From: the human T2T-CHM13v2.0 reference genome, Homo sapiens
Strand: one strand, 5' to 3'
DNA length: 64,000 nucleotides
Assembly (NCBI RefSeq): GCF_009914755.1
Contig: NC_060947.1
The notes under the pieces are model-generated. The model did not search any database. It was not told the origin of the DNA and saw only the letters and a program-made list of their open reading frames with translations. The translations under genes and the position numbers were made by a program. Positions 14,652-28,290 of this stretch are shown piece after piece (within the stretch, counting starts at the first letter, position 1; each line of letters opens with the position of its first letter).

Positions 14652-16247
14652 TAATTAGTATTATGAAAAATTAAATCACACTAAGAGCTCTAATTTAGCA
14701 TTACCACCTAAGGAAACTAATTCCCCTTCATCCTACATATGTTCTATAGATATGCTCTTCTAGGGACATTGTACTGCAGGTACACTGTGAAGCCTTTCAT
14801 AGGGTCTTAACAGCTTCTTGCTTTGGAACAGATTATTTATTTAACTCAATGGTAATGGCTGAAAATTTGATCAGTGGCAAAAAATATCAGATAATGTAAA
14901 GGACACTTTGATCTTTTGGGATTCTCCATCTATGCTAGTGTCATGCTTGTTCAAGACTTACACTTATCAGCCAGGCACAGTGGCCGATAACATCAGTCTG
15001 GCCAACCTCGTCTCTACTAAAAATACAAACTGGCATTCAGTGTTACAACTGTTAATGTAGCCATCACCACAGGTGAATATCAGTTTTGTTTTACATCTTT
15101 GTATACTACATTTCTCAATTCTGTGGTTCTTATATGTACATATGTGCATTCCCTGGATCTTATATTCATATGATTTCAAGGTCTCCATAATTTTGAGCAT
15201 AGTCCTCCCTTTTTAAGTTCACCAGTTTATTAACTGCTTTATATTATCCTGTCTGGTTAACTTGAGCTTTCCATTCAGTAGGTTCTCCAATTACTCAGTC
15301 CCTCTCCATTTTACCCACTTGATAAAATTCCTTCCCGGTTATATTTATCATTCTGTCTCATCATTGTTATCCTTGGTTTCTCTGTTTGGAGTGCCAGTTT
15401 CCAACTGTAGATTACCCTTGTAGAATGTATTCTTCACAGCCACTGAGCACATTTAGGTAGAAAAATTAAAAAATCAAAAAAATTATACTGAAGATTTAGC
15501 TCACTACACATTAATAGTACTAAGTTTCAGTTGGGATCTAGCTATTGTTCTGAAATATTTTTATTCTCCTCTCATTATCTTTCTATCCCATGCTTTGAAT
15601 GACTTTCCAAAGCTTTTCAACTATTTTCGAATTTCTTTCACAATTTCCAGCCCTGAATTACCAGCAGATTACTTGAAATCCTACTATCCTAAGATAGAAA
15701 CAATTTTTGTAACCTCAATACATTTCTGAGTTCCTTTCTAGCCTCTCATTTATTCCCTCTGAAATCTTGAAATATCTAGCTCTTTAGTCCCTTCCTAAAT
15801 GCCACTGCCCTTTTATATTTAAAAATATGTAAAAGTCATTTGTCAATAAAAAAATATATAAAATAAAAAGGCCTCCCCTTAAGTCAGCTACCCTTGCTAG
15901 ATATTGATGTAATTCACTACTAAATTGAAGGGCTCATCTCCCCGCTATTAACTACATTTTCTCACCACATATTCCTTGCTATAATTAATTACATTCCCCT
16001 CCTGATTAAAGTATAACCCTTTTATAATTTGGGCAAGATTTTTCTGCTTCCTACATCCAAACTTTCTGTTACATTTGATATTTTAACCACTGCTTTTCTC
16101 TCGACTTTTCTGGAAATTTTTCTTCCATAAAACCTTCTGTGATCTCTTTTAATCATTTGTATACATAAATATAATGATCACACCTAGATTGTAACTTCAT
16201 GTTCATTAAGTACATATTCCTTCTGTATCTTTCAATTCCTAGCTTCC

Positions 16248-16564
16248 TTTTCTTTTTTTTTTTTTTTCTTTTTGAGACTCGCTCTGTCCCCTGGCTGGAG
16301 TTCAATGGTGCCATCTCAGCTCACTGAAACCTCAGCCTCCCAGGTTTGAGTGATTCTCTTGCGTCAGGCTCCTGTTCCAAGTAGCTGGGATTACAGGCGC
16401 CCACCACCAAGCCCGGCTAGTTGTTTTTTGTGTGTGTGTTTTTAGTAGAGATGGGGTGTTACCATGTTGGCCAAGCTGGCCTCGAACTCCTGACCTCAAG
16501 TGATCTGCCCTCCTCAGCCTCCCAAAGTGCTGGGATTACAGGCGTGAGCCAACTGTGTCCAGCC
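16248..16564 (-). mobile_element. AluS
   Basis: Full dimer with T tail. Confidence 0.92.
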
Positions 16565-16629
16565 AAACCACAGGATGTTCTTAACATATCAGCCCTCCAC
16601 TCAAGAGTTCCCTTCATTGGTCACCAATT

Positions 16630-17067
16630 TGTAAACCAGAAAGTATCTGAAACAGGCCTCAATCAATTTAGAAGTTTACTTTGCCAATGTGAAGGACATG
16701 CCTAGGAGGGAGGTCTGTGCTTTTCTCCAAAGATGATTTTGAAGGCTTTGATATTTAAAGGGGAAGAGCTGGCTGGAGGGGAAAGAGGGAGGATACGGTC
16801 TCATTATGGAATCCACATGTTGTAAGCAAAAGGAACAAGTAGGGGAATAGTCAATTATATATTATTCTCAAACTCAGTAAATCAGCAGTTTACCTAAGAT
16901 AAGGTGAACATGGAGTAGCTATCTATGGAGCTATTTAACCTTTTATCTGTAGCTATCTGCTTAGGAACAAAAAGAAAGTCAGTTTCTTGCATGACTCAGC
17001 TTTGAGCTTAATTTTTTCCTTTTGGCATAGTGAATTGGGCTCCCATGTTTTTATTTTCCATTCCCAG
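16630..17067 (-). mobile_element. MER4-group ERV1 solo LTR
   Basis: AAGTATCTGAAACAGGCCTCAATCAATTTAGAAG...CTTGCATGACTCAGCTT...TTTTATTTTCC. Confidence 0.7.
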
Positions 17068-17099
17068 AAGATAATCCAGAGAAATGAGTAAATCCCTAG

Positions 17100-17885
17100 A
17101 GTAGATCTCAAAGAGTTGTCTTAAACTTCAGGCTTAACTACCGCGATTCTCTGAAGCAAAGAAAGAAGGGTGTGGGGAAAGGTGCAGTTAAGATAAGATA
17201 GCCAGAAAAAAACACCATGAAACAAAGGTAATGTTTGTTGTGCAGATTTAAGTCAATGCCTTCTTCACTGGTTAAGAATCTCCAGTAATTCAGTTCTCTT
17301 TTTCTTCCTGGTGCAGGGAGGGAACACCCTTACAAATGGAGATTTCCTTTATAGCTGTAAATTTCTTTTACAAAACGGTAACTTCTCAGAAATTCTTCTG
17401 TCTGCAGTTCCTCAAAATGACAGCTCTAAAGAAATCTTTGTGTCAATGAGGCATATTTTGAGGTAACGTATTGTTAACAGTGCAGGATGTTCAGGTTCTT
17501 GGCATCTTGAACAAAGAATTGCAAAAAAGGCACAAACAAAGCAAGAAAGGGACGAAGGGGTTTAGTGAAAATGAAAGTACACTCCATAATGTGGGACTGG
17601 GCCTAAGCATAGGGGCTCAAAGGTCCCGTTACAGATTTTTGGAGGGGTTTAAGTACCCCCAAGAGAACCTCATTAGTTACTTGGGGCATGCCCTATGTAA
17701 ATGGAGAGGATGAAGTAAGTTATAAAGTCATTTACTTGGCCTACTCCCTATGGAGAGAATATTTCCTGTCATAGATGAAGTGTGAATCAGACTTATGTTC
17801 CCTGATTCCAGATCCTATTTTCCTGCTTCAATATTCTTGTCTCTTACAGTCATATTTTGGCGTGGAATATCCTGAACCTCATCAT
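17100..17885 (-). mobile_element. Older ERV1 LTR (MER34/MER39-like), interrupted by a MER51-like LTR
   Basis: Repeated CATATTTTG motifs and end ...ATATCCTGAACCTCATCA. Confidence 0.5.
17472..17830 (-). mobile_element. MER51-like ERV1 solo LTR
   Basis: TG...CA termini; minus start TGAAGCAGGAAAATAGGATCTGG; near 4-bp TSD GTAT/ATAT. Confidence 0.75.
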
Positions 17886-18834
17886 CATGCTCTTTTGCAA
17901 TGATGCTGGCTTTCCATAATATTTTTATATCCATAATTGTGTAAGCTTTATAGTAATTAAAGTACTAGAATTTTAATTTAGTCTTTCAAGCATGAAGAAC
18001 TCTTTATTATCCTAAAGACAATTTATTTCATATATGTCCCTTAAGCATTATGATTTAAAGACTAGAACAAGTATTTATTAATGTCCAGAGAAATGGTATC
18101 AGGAGATCAGACTCATGGAGGCGGATGAAATTTGACAATACATGATGGTATTGATTCAGTATCTTTTCTGTTTTTATGACAAAGTATCTGGATGTAAAAG
18201 TGGATGGAAAAGTATCTCGACATAAAATATAAATGGAGTCCTCAGTAGTAGTGACTTAGATGTCTGCTTTTTTTATCAAGGGCATTTATATTGGAAAGCT
18301 AAGAAATTTTCTTCTGAACATGTGTTTCTCCAGTAAAGTTAGCCGGGGTTGCTGTGTCAGATATTGAGCCATTTATGAAAAAGGACTCTGATTTATAAAT
18401 CTCATATTTTGTAACCCCTAAGTTAGATATATTATTTTTGGCATGTTTTCTTGTGTTCATTTACTTCTCATGTATTTGTTCCTCGTTATACATTTAATAT
18501 TTAAGCTGGACAAGTCTCCTGCTTAACTCACAGGGATCTCACAGGCAAGCCTCTGACAATTAATTATCAGGTGGCATTTTACCAAAGGATTTTAAATATA
18601 CTGGTCAATTGCCTAGCTCATTCCTTGAGGATCACTGTCAGACTAATCTTCCTCATTTATTTGAATTTTTTTATTGCTTAAAAGAAATTTCCAGAATTAA
18701 TTTTTATGCTTTAAATTAGAGACAATAAAGTGGTAAATTCTGCAGTCTAATGTTGGGATATGGAGAATTAATATTTCAACAAGTCTTATAGGTTCCTGTA
18801 GCTTTTGTCTAACAAACCACTTGAAACCTAGTAA

Positions 18835-19010
18835 ATATTTAATGAATATGTGTTGTCATTTATTTAACAAACATATGTGGAATGGTTTCTGTGTGTCAAA
18901 TCTAGTGCTTGGTGATGAAGGTATCTAAAGGAATTGAGGTAGCACTTTGACATTCAAGGACCGCATTGTCTAGAAAGAAAAAGAGGTTGTAAACTAAAAA
19001 TTCCATTTGA
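18835..19010. mobile_element. L2 3'-end remnant
   Basis: CATTTATTTAACAAACATATG...TGTGTGTCAAATCTAGTGCTTGG. Confidence 0.55.
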
Positions 19011-19222
19011 TACAATTAGCTTAATTTCGTATAATAACCTACTATAGAATATCCTTCTTGAATAAAACTAAATTCCACTTACATATACTTAGATTCTCCA
19101 TCTGGCTTACTCATTTAGGTGTAACAGCTTCCATAAATTCACTAACCTTTGTTTTAGATATATTATTTTCTTGTTTATGTTTGTGTTTTGCAGCATTTAT
19201 ATATTTATGTTCTGGTGGTCTC

Positions 19223-19656
19223 TTTCATGCGCATCCATGTGAAGAGACCACCAAACAGGCTTTGTGTGAGCAACATGGCTGTTTATTTCACCTGGGTGCA
19301 GGCGGGCTGAGTCCGAAAAGAGAGTCAGTGAAGGGAGATAGGGGTGGGGCTGTTTTATAGGATTTGGGAAGGTAATGGAAAATTACAGTCAAAGGGGGTT
19401 GTTCTCTGGTGGGCAGGGGCGGGGGTCACAAGGTGCTCAGTGGGGGAGCTTCTGAGCCAGAAGAAGGAAATTCACAGGGTTAATCACTCAGTTAAGGTGG
19501 GGTAGGAACAAATCACAATGGTGGAATGTCATCAGTTAAGGCGGGGCAGGGCCTTTTCACTTCTTTTGTGATTCTTCAGTTACTTCAGGCCTTCTGGTCC
19601 TTTCCGTGCAAGTCACAGGGGATGCGATGGCTTGGCTTGGGCTCAGAGGCCTGACA
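19223..19656 (-). mobile_element. HERV-H 3' LTR (LTR7 family) with AATAAA at 19282-19287
   Basis: TGTCAGGCCTCTGAGCCC...GCATGAAA on minus; polypurine tract AAGAAGGCAGGAA adjacent. Confidence 0.95.
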
Positions 19657-20289
19657 TTCCTGCCTTCTTAATAAGAAAAATAAAATAGTGTTGAAGTGTT
19701 GGGGCGGTGAAAATTTTTGGGGGTGGTATGGAGAGAGAGTGGACGATGTTTCTCAGGGCTGCTTCAAGCGGGATTAGGGGCGGCGTGGGAACCTAGAGTG
19801 GGAGAGATTAAGCTGAAGGAAGATTTGTGGTAAGGGGTGATATTGTGGGGATGCTAGAAGAAACACATTTGTCGTGTAGAATTATTGGTGATGGCCTGGA
19901 TACGGTTTTGTATGAACTGAAAAACTAAATGGAATAACAAAAGGAGAAAAACAGGTATAAAAGGTCTAAGAATTGGGAGGACCTAGGACATCTGATTAGA
20001 GAGTGCCTAAGGAGATTCAGCATAGTCCTGCCAGCAAAGATTACTTATTTACTTCAAGAGTTTAGAGTGGCAGTTTGGGGATAGCACCAGGAGATATCAG
20101 CTGTGATGGCTTGGAGAAACAGTGTAAACCGGCAGTGTCAACAAGAGCAGGGCATGTATGAGTAGTTGAGAACGGTGAATAGGAGTATGACTAGACAGAA
20201 GATAGTAGGGATGACAAGTTTTTTTGGGGCACAGTCTAAGTTGGTCTGGTGTCGAATGAGACTGGGGCCTAATAAAAAGGAGCGTCTAT

Positions 20290-20900
20290 ACAGGAGCTTA
20301 AATGGGCTGTACCTTGTAGCATTCTGAGGACAGGCCTGAATTCTGAGAAGCGAAAGTGGTAAAAGTATTGTCCAGTCCTCTTTAAGTTGGTGGCTGAGCT
20401 TGGTGAGGTGCGTTTTTAAAAGACCTTTAGTCCGTTCTACTTTTCTTGTAGACGGAGGACGGTAAGGGATATAAAGGTTTCACTGAATACTAAGAGCCTG
20501 AAAAACTGCTTGGCTGATTTGACTAATAAAGGCTGGTCTGTTATCAGACTGTATTGAGGTGGGAAGGCTAAACGGAGGAATTATGTCTGACAGAACGGAA
20601 GAAATGACTGCGGTAGCCTTCTCAGACCCTGTAGGAAAGGACTCTACCTGTCCAGTGAAAGTGTCTACCTAGACTAAGAGGTATTTTAGTTATCTGACTC
20701 CGGACATGTTGAGTAAAGCTAATTTGCCAGTCCTGGGTGGGAGCAAATCCTCGAGCTTGATGTGTAGGGAAGGGAGGGGGCCTGAATAATCCCTGAGGAG
20801 TAGTAGAATAGCAGATGGAACACTGAGAAGTTATTTCCTTGAGGATAGATTTCCACGATGGAAAGGAAATGAGAGGTTCTGAGAGGCGGGCTAGTGGCTT
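20290..20900 (-). pseudogene. pol: HERV-H integrase remnant
   Basis: Minus-strand KVERTKGLLKTHLTKLSHQLKEDW near 20365-20445; no long ORF. Confidence 0.7.
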
Positions 20901-21627
20901 GTACTATAGCATAGCCTGCCTTTGCTGGTGTGTGGCGATAAGGCCTGGTAGAACTGCCATCAATAAATCAAGCGTGATCAGGGTGAGGAACAGGAAAGAA
21001 GGAAATATGGGGAAATGGGGTGAATATCAGGTGGATCAGAGAGATACAGTCATGGGGGTCAGGTGTGGTATCAGGAATAATGTGGGAGGCCAGTTTGAAG
21101 TCTGGGCCAGGAACAATGGTAATTGTGGGACTTAAAGAGTGAGTACAGCTGAAGGAGCCGGGGAGCAGAAAGTATATGCGTCAGGTATGAGGAAGAAAAT
21201 AGATTTTGGAAGTTATGAGAAATGTAGAGAGTGAGTTGAGCATAGTTTGTGATTTTTAGGGCCTCTAACAGTATTAAAGCAGCGGCAGCCTCTGCACGCA
21301 GACCTGAGGGCTAGGCTAAAACAGTAAGGTCAAGTTGTTTGGACAGAAAGGCTACAGGGTTCAGTCCTGGCTCTTGTGTAAGAATTCTGACCGCACTAAC
21401 CATGCCTAGGAAGGAAAGGGTTGTTCTTTTGTAAGGGATTGAGGTTTGGGAGATTAATCGGACACGATCAGCAGGGAGAGCACGTGTGTTTTTATGAGAA
21501 TTATGCCGAGATAGGTAACAGGTGAGGATGAAATTTGGACTTGACTGAAGTAATGGGGGCTGTCTGTGAAGCCTTGTGGCAGTACAGCCCAGGTAATTTG
21601 CTGAGCCTAATGGGTGTCAGGGTCAGT

Positions 21628-22020
21628 CTAAGTGAAGACAAAGAGAGGCTGGGATGAAGGGTGCAAAGGAATAGTAAAGAAAGCATGTTTGAGATCCAGA
21701 ACAGAATAATGGGTAGTAGAGGGAGCTATTGAGGATAGGAGAGTATATGGGTTTGGCACCATGGGGTGGATAGGCAAAACAATTTGGTTGATAAGGCACA
21801 GATTCTGAACTAACTTGTAAGGCTTGTCTGGTTTTAGGACAGGTAAAATGGGGGAATGGTAAGGAGAGTTTATAGGTTTTAGAAGCCCATGCTGTAGCAG
21901 GCGAGTGATAACAGGTTTTAATCCTTTTACAGCATGCTGTGGGATGGGATATTGGTGTTGAGCGGGGTAAGGGTGATTAGGTTTTAATGAGATGGTAAGG
22001 GGTGCATGATCAGTCCCCAA
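21628..22020 (-). pseudogene. pol: HERV-H reverse transcriptase N-terminal fragment
   Basis: QYPIP...SPYHSPILPVLKPDK...PNPYTLLS...YSVLDLKHAFFTIPL. Confidence 0.9.
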
Positions 22021-22173
22021 GGAAGGAGTAGAGGTATTTTATACTTGTGGGTTAAGGTGGGGGAATACAAGAGGAGGATGCAAAGGAGGCTTTGGATTGG
22101 GAAGAAGGGCAGCAATGAGATGCGGCTATAGTCCAGGAATAGTCAGGGAAGCAGATAATTTGGTTAAAATATC

Positions 22174-22398
22174 TCAGCCTAATAAGGGAACTGGGCAGGT
22201 GGGGATAACTAAAAAAGAGTGCATAAAAGAGTATTGTCTCAGTTGGCACCAGAGTTGGGGAGTTTTAAGAAGTTTAGAAGCCTGGCTGTCAATACCTACA
22301 ACAGTTATGGAGGCAAGGGAAACAGGCCCTTGAAAAGAAGGTAATGTGGAGTGGGTAGCCTCCGTATTGATTAAGAAGGGGACGGGCTTACCTTCCAC
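22174..22398 (-). pseudogene. pro: HERV-H protease remnant with inactive site
   Basis: FLINTEATHSTL replaces the retroviral LDTGA motif. Confidence 0.8.
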
Positions 22399-22555
22399 TG
22401 TGAGAGTTACCTGAAGCTCGGCATCCGTGATGGTCTAGGGGCTTCCGAGGCGATCGGGCAGCATCAGTCTTTAGCCACTAAGCCAAGAAGGAGTCAGTCA
22501 GAGAGCCTTGGGCCAGAGTTCCAGGGGCTCTGGGAGTGGCTGCCAGGTGAGTTGA

Positions 22556-22663
22556 ACAGTCCGATTTCCAGTGGGGTCCTGCACAGATGGGACACAGCTT
22601 AGGAGGAATCCTGGGCTGCAGGCATTCCTTGGCCTGGTGGTCAGATTACTGGCACTTGTAGCA
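22556..22663 (-). pseudogene. gag: HERV-H gag nucleocapsid, two CCHC zinc knuckles (first has a stop)
   Basis: CYKCQ*SDHQAKEC...CPICAGPHWKSDC. Confidence 0.85.
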
Positions 22664-23746
22664 AGCTCCTGGGGGAGGAGGTTCTGGAGGAATGCCTGGC
22701 TGCTGCAGTTCAGTCAGGCATTTGGAAGTTCTTGTGTGCTGGAGATGTGGCTGGGGTTTGTCTCACAGTGGAGGCAAGGAATTGCAAGTTTTTTCTATTA
22801 TTGTACACCTTGAAGGTGAGGTTAATCAAGTCCTGTTGTGGGGTTTGACGGCCAGATTCTAATTTTTGGAGTTTTATTTAATGTCGGGAGCAGATTGGGT
22901 AATAAAATGTATATTGAGAATAAGATGGCCTTTTGACCTTTTAGGGTCTAGGGCTGTAAAGCTTCTCAGGGTTGCTGCCAAACGAGTCATGAACTGGGCT
23001 GGATTTTTATATTTGATGAAAAAGAGCCTAAACGCTATCTGATTTGGGATAAAGAGAAAGGAGCATTAACCTTGACTATGCCTTTGGCTCCAGCCACCTT
23101 TTTAAGAGTAAATTGCTGGGCAGGTGGGGGAGGGCTAGTCACGGAAAGAAACTGTAAGCTGGACCAGGTGTGAGGAGGGGAGGCGATAAAGAGATTATAG
23201 GGTGGAAGAATTGGGACCTAGCTCAGCCTGGCGAGGAGGGGAGAGGTCAGATGGGTCTGTAGAAAAGGAAGATTAGAAAGACTCAGTGACGCTTGGGGTT
23301 GGGACTGAGGGGACAGGCGGGAGGGAAAGAAGGAAGATTTGGGAGGAGTTGCACTGGGCACAGAGACTAGGAAGGGACTGATGTGTAAAAGAATGCCTGG
23401 ATGTCAGGCACCTCAGACCATTTGCCTATTTTAAAACAAGAATTATTTAGATCCTGTAGGATGGAAAAATTGAAAGTGCCGTTTTCTGGCTATTTGGAAC
23501 TACTGTCAAGTTTATATTGGGGTCAAGCGGCATTGCAGAAGAAAATAAGACATTTAGGTTTTAGGTCGGGTGTGAGTTGAAGAGGTCTTAAGTTTTTGAG
23601 AACACAGGCCAAGGGAGTAGAAGGAGGAATGGAGGGTGGAAGGTTGCCTATAGCGAAGGAAGCAAGCCTAGAGGAAAGAGAGAGTAGAGAAATGGAGGGA
23701 AGGGGTTTGGGGGTTCTTACCTTCTAGAAAAGTGGGAAAAGTGGTT

Positions 23747-23895
23747 GGGGCTCAGAGATAAGAGGTCGGGGCATGGAAATAAGGGATGGGGCACAGAAAT
23801 AAGGGGTCAGGGCATGGAAATAAGGGGTCAGGGCACGGAAATAAGGGGTCGGGGCATGGAAATAAGGGATTGGGGCGCAGAGATACGAGGCTGGG
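23747..23895. repeat. 21-bp tandem repeat (~7 units) in the HERV-H leader
   Basis: GGGCATGGAAATAAGGGGTCA-like units. Confidence 0.85.
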
Positions 23896-24352
23896 GTACT
23901 TACCCCTCTAGAAAAGTGGGACTTGCCACTAACAGTGAAGGAGATGGGGTTGAAGGGTACTTGCCCCTCCCCCAGAAAAGCAGAGAAGAGATAGAGACAA
24001 GGAGAGAAGGGGTTGGGGTACTTGCCCCTTCCCCAGAAAAGCGGGACTTGCCGCTAAGGGTGAAGGACCAAGGCAGGCATCCCTGTGTCTTCTGACACCT
24101 TTGAAACATAGGTGAATAATCAGAGAGGCGTCCCTGCAATGATTAAACACCAAGGAAAGGCTGCCTTCCCTAGTCTGTGACCAGCGCTGGAGTTTTGGGT
24201 CCATGGATAAAACGTGTCTCCTTTGTCTCTACCAGAAAATGAAAGGAATTGAAATTAAGAGAAGGGAGAGATTGAAGTGTGGTTCCAAGATTGAAAGGAG
24301 AAAGAGGTTGAGGGATAGTGAGGGAGGTTGGAGAAGAGAGTAAAAAGAGGCC

Positions 24353-24361
24353 GCTTACTGG
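24353..24361 (-). promoter_or_regulatory. HERV-H major splice donor
   Basis: Minus strand AAATCCA|GTAAGC ~140 nt downstream of the 5' LTR. Confidence 0.65.
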
Positions 24362-24480
24362 ATTTGAAATTGGTGAGATGTTTCTTGGGCTGGTCGATCT
24401 GAGGACCTGAGGTCCTAGGTGGATCTTACGGAGCAAAAAGCAGGAGGACAGGGGATTGATCTCCTAAGGGAGGTCCCCCG

Positions 24481-24498
24481 ATCTGAGTCACAGCACCA
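24481..24498 (-). promoter_or_regulatory. tRNA-His primer binding site
   Basis: TGGTGCTGTGACTCAGAT, two CpG-type changes from TGGTGCCGTGACTCGGAT. Confidence 0.9.
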
Positions 24499-24500
24499 AA

Positions 24501-25364
<864 letters not shown>

Positions 25365-26025
25365 TAACAGCTTGTTTTACTGTTCATGAATAAAACCTAT
25401 TGTTGTCCAAATATACTTTAAGCATTGATTTAAGAATTAGGTTTTCTTCTTGAAGTGCATAATGCTTCAAACGATGCATCTCTTTACTAACAAGACAGGT
25501 TACCCTCTTTATTTATTTCCTGAAAATAAATGTGTAGTGGAGCAAATCACAAATATTGCCCTTAATATTTTCCGTAGTCAGCATTGAATGCAATTTTTTA
25601 AATCTCTAGCATTAAAGGAACTGTCTCCGATCTGTTTCGTATTTTGTAATAAAGGTGATTTCTGGGAATTGTTTGCTGCATAACTCCAGAATAGTTTTGT
25701 ATCATTGTTATTGACAAGTTATTATCTTTGTAATACTTATATAAAGTTGGTTGGGCAGAAACCATAATGTTAAACTTTTTAAACAAACGCTCCTATTAAC
25801 TTTTACTTGCCAATATATTTAACTTTTACTTGGCAATATATTACTTGGCCTATGTATTAGTTGGTACATATTTGGCAATATATGAATGGTTTTTGCCCAG
25901 CATATTTTTCACGTTTTTAAAGGTCCAAAATATTGACATTTCAACTTAATTAACTGCAGATCTTATAGATTTAGGATAACAAATAAAAAGCCATTGTTAC
26001 TTTGATTAGGTAAATTTCTCCTGTA

Positions 26026-26663
26026 CAGTCATGTGCCACATAATGAGTTTTGGTCAATGATGGACCACATATACAATGGGTTGTTCCATAAGATTATAAT
26101 ATTGTATTTTTACTGTACCTTTTCTATTTTTAGATACATTTACATACGCAAATAGCTACCATTGTGTTACAATTATGTGCAGTATTCAGTACAGAAACAT
26201 GCTAACATGCTGTATAGGTTTGTAGACTAAAAGCAATAGGCTATACCATATACACATGCATACACATAGAAAAGCACACATGCAAACATACTCGGTCTAG
26301 GTGTGTAGTAGGCTACATCATTTCAGTTTGTGTAAGTATACTCTATGATTTTTGCACAATGAAGACATTGCCTAATGATGCATTTCTTAGAATGTATCTC
26401 CATTGTCAGCCAGGAGCGGTGGCTCACGCCTGTAATCCTTATACTTTGGGAAGCTGTGCTGGGTGAGTCATGAGGTCAGGAGTTTGAGACCAGCCTGACC
26501 AACATGGTGCAACCCTGTCTCTACTAAAATACAAAAATTAGCTGGGCGTGGTGGTGCGCATCTGTAATCCCAGCTACTCAGGAGGCTGTGGTGGAGGTTG
26601 CAGTGAGCCAAGATTGTGCCACTGAACTCCAGCCTGGGCAATAGAGTGAGGCTCCATCTCAAA

Positions 26664-26703
<40 letters not shown>

Positions 26704-26740
26704 AGAATATATCTCTGTCATTAACTGACATATGAGTATA
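26026..26740 (+). mobile_element. Tigger3/MER7-type non-autonomous DNA transposon, interrupted by an Alu
   Basis: TA|CAGTCATGTGCCACATAATGA...CCATAAGATTATAAT; degenerate terminal repeat after the Alu. Confidence 0.8.
26408..26703 (+). mobile_element. AluS with small internal deletion and (TAAA)n tail
   Basis: Alu dimer; TSD-like AGAATGTATCTC / AGAATATATCTC. Confidence 0.9.
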
Positions 26741-28149
26741 CTTTATTGTTCAGTTCTGAATCTTTCACATTCAGTTAAACTGGAGAATTATGTCCCAAAT
26801 TAAATGAGATACAAACATGCAATGCTGTAGAACTAAATAAAAACTAGGTAGAAAATGAGGAAACAATTGAGTTACTTTGAACAAACAAATCCTTTGAAGC
26901 ATAATGTAATTAATCAAATATATTTTTTTTAAAAAAAAATTGACATTAGTAAACTGGGGAGAAAACTTTACCATTTACAGTAGTAAATGTGGGGAAAACT
27001 TGACATCTAGTCTAATATCAATACCAAAATAAATCAGTGAGATAGGAAAAATAAACATTGTTTTCAGCAAATGAATCAAGGAACTGCTAAAGTATGTGGT
27101 AAAGTTCAAAATGAGTTCCCTCTACAGTATTCTAAGCAGAAGCATCTGTGTTCCAACTAGCTGAATCTTAAGTCTTTTAGTGGTGGTGATGGTACTTGAG
27201 TGGTGATAAATGAATGAGGGCCCTTTGTGAACTGCAATCATTGAACTAAACAGACTAACATCCTCTCAGCACTTTTCTGGGCATCATCATCCTGCTACTT
27301 ATCTCCACAGCAACTTAACCACCTCTTCATTTCTGAACCAAAGGTCATATTGAATCATTTTTCTTATTCTACATTTCAGATTTGTCCTTCTGATAAACAC
27401 ACATACACACGCATACATACACAAGAGTACACCAGGAAACATACACAGGCTACTACTGTTTTCATAAAGGCAAGCATTCAGAAAGTTGCATCTCTATTTC
27501 TACCTGACTTTAATTTATGTGTGTTCATATACATGCACTGGGGAAAAATTGCCAGTTAAAAAGGAAACTAAAACATTCCCAGGCAACTGCCATGATTAGG
27601 GTATGTAATGTGGATTATCTTTACTAAGTTGGATCTGGAAATATGATTAATATAAACTAGTCAGTATGAAACAAGAACAGATAGCAATGTGGTTTAGTGA
27701 TATACAATGTATAGGAAGAATTAAGATCAATTAAACTTAAGAGTCCTTAACTATGAGGTATGGAGCTGTAATCTCCAGAAATTGGGTTTTATGACTTCCT
27801 TGTCACATGGCTTCTTTCCATTAGAGTCCAAACTGAGGACAAGTGAATTGTGGATGTTGACATACTAACAGTCTCATATTTTCAACTCATCTAGATTCTG
27901 TATAATGGCTTCATTCTCTTCTTAGACTAATTTGGTAGCAGAATAAGAATTACTCTGCTGTCTCTAAAACACGTTATGGTATATGAAAAAAATTCTTTCA
28001 TTCAACAAACTTCTATGGAAGGCCCACTGTGTCTCAGGGACTGAGATATATCTTCAGATTTAGACCTTATTCTAAGGTAAGTTGTGACATATACATTCAG
28101 ATATAGACATTATTCAAGTCACTTAAACTTTTTAGACCTGAATTACTAT

Positions 28150-28290
28150 GAGGAAAATGAAGAAGATAAAGAAGAATGAGAAAGATGAGAAAAACAAGAA
28201 GAGGAGCAGAGGAGGGAGGAGGAGAAGGAGGAAAAGCAAAAGAGTGAAAATAAGGGGAAGGAGAGAAAAGGGAGTGGGGGAATAAGAAGT
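28150..28290. repeat. GA-rich low-complexity tract
   Basis: Direct reading. Confidence 0.8.

Noticed and set aside
15080-16200. Possible L2 body remnants
   Set aside because: Too diverged to support by eye
23745-24095. 116-aa plus-strand ORF with a repeated EIRG motif; repeats resembling a CRISPR array
   Set aside because: Antisense translation of the HERV-H leader 21-bp tandem repeat; units abut with no unique spacers
28150-28290. Glu/Lys-rich coding-like stretch
   Set aside because: GA low-complexity tract with no supported ORF
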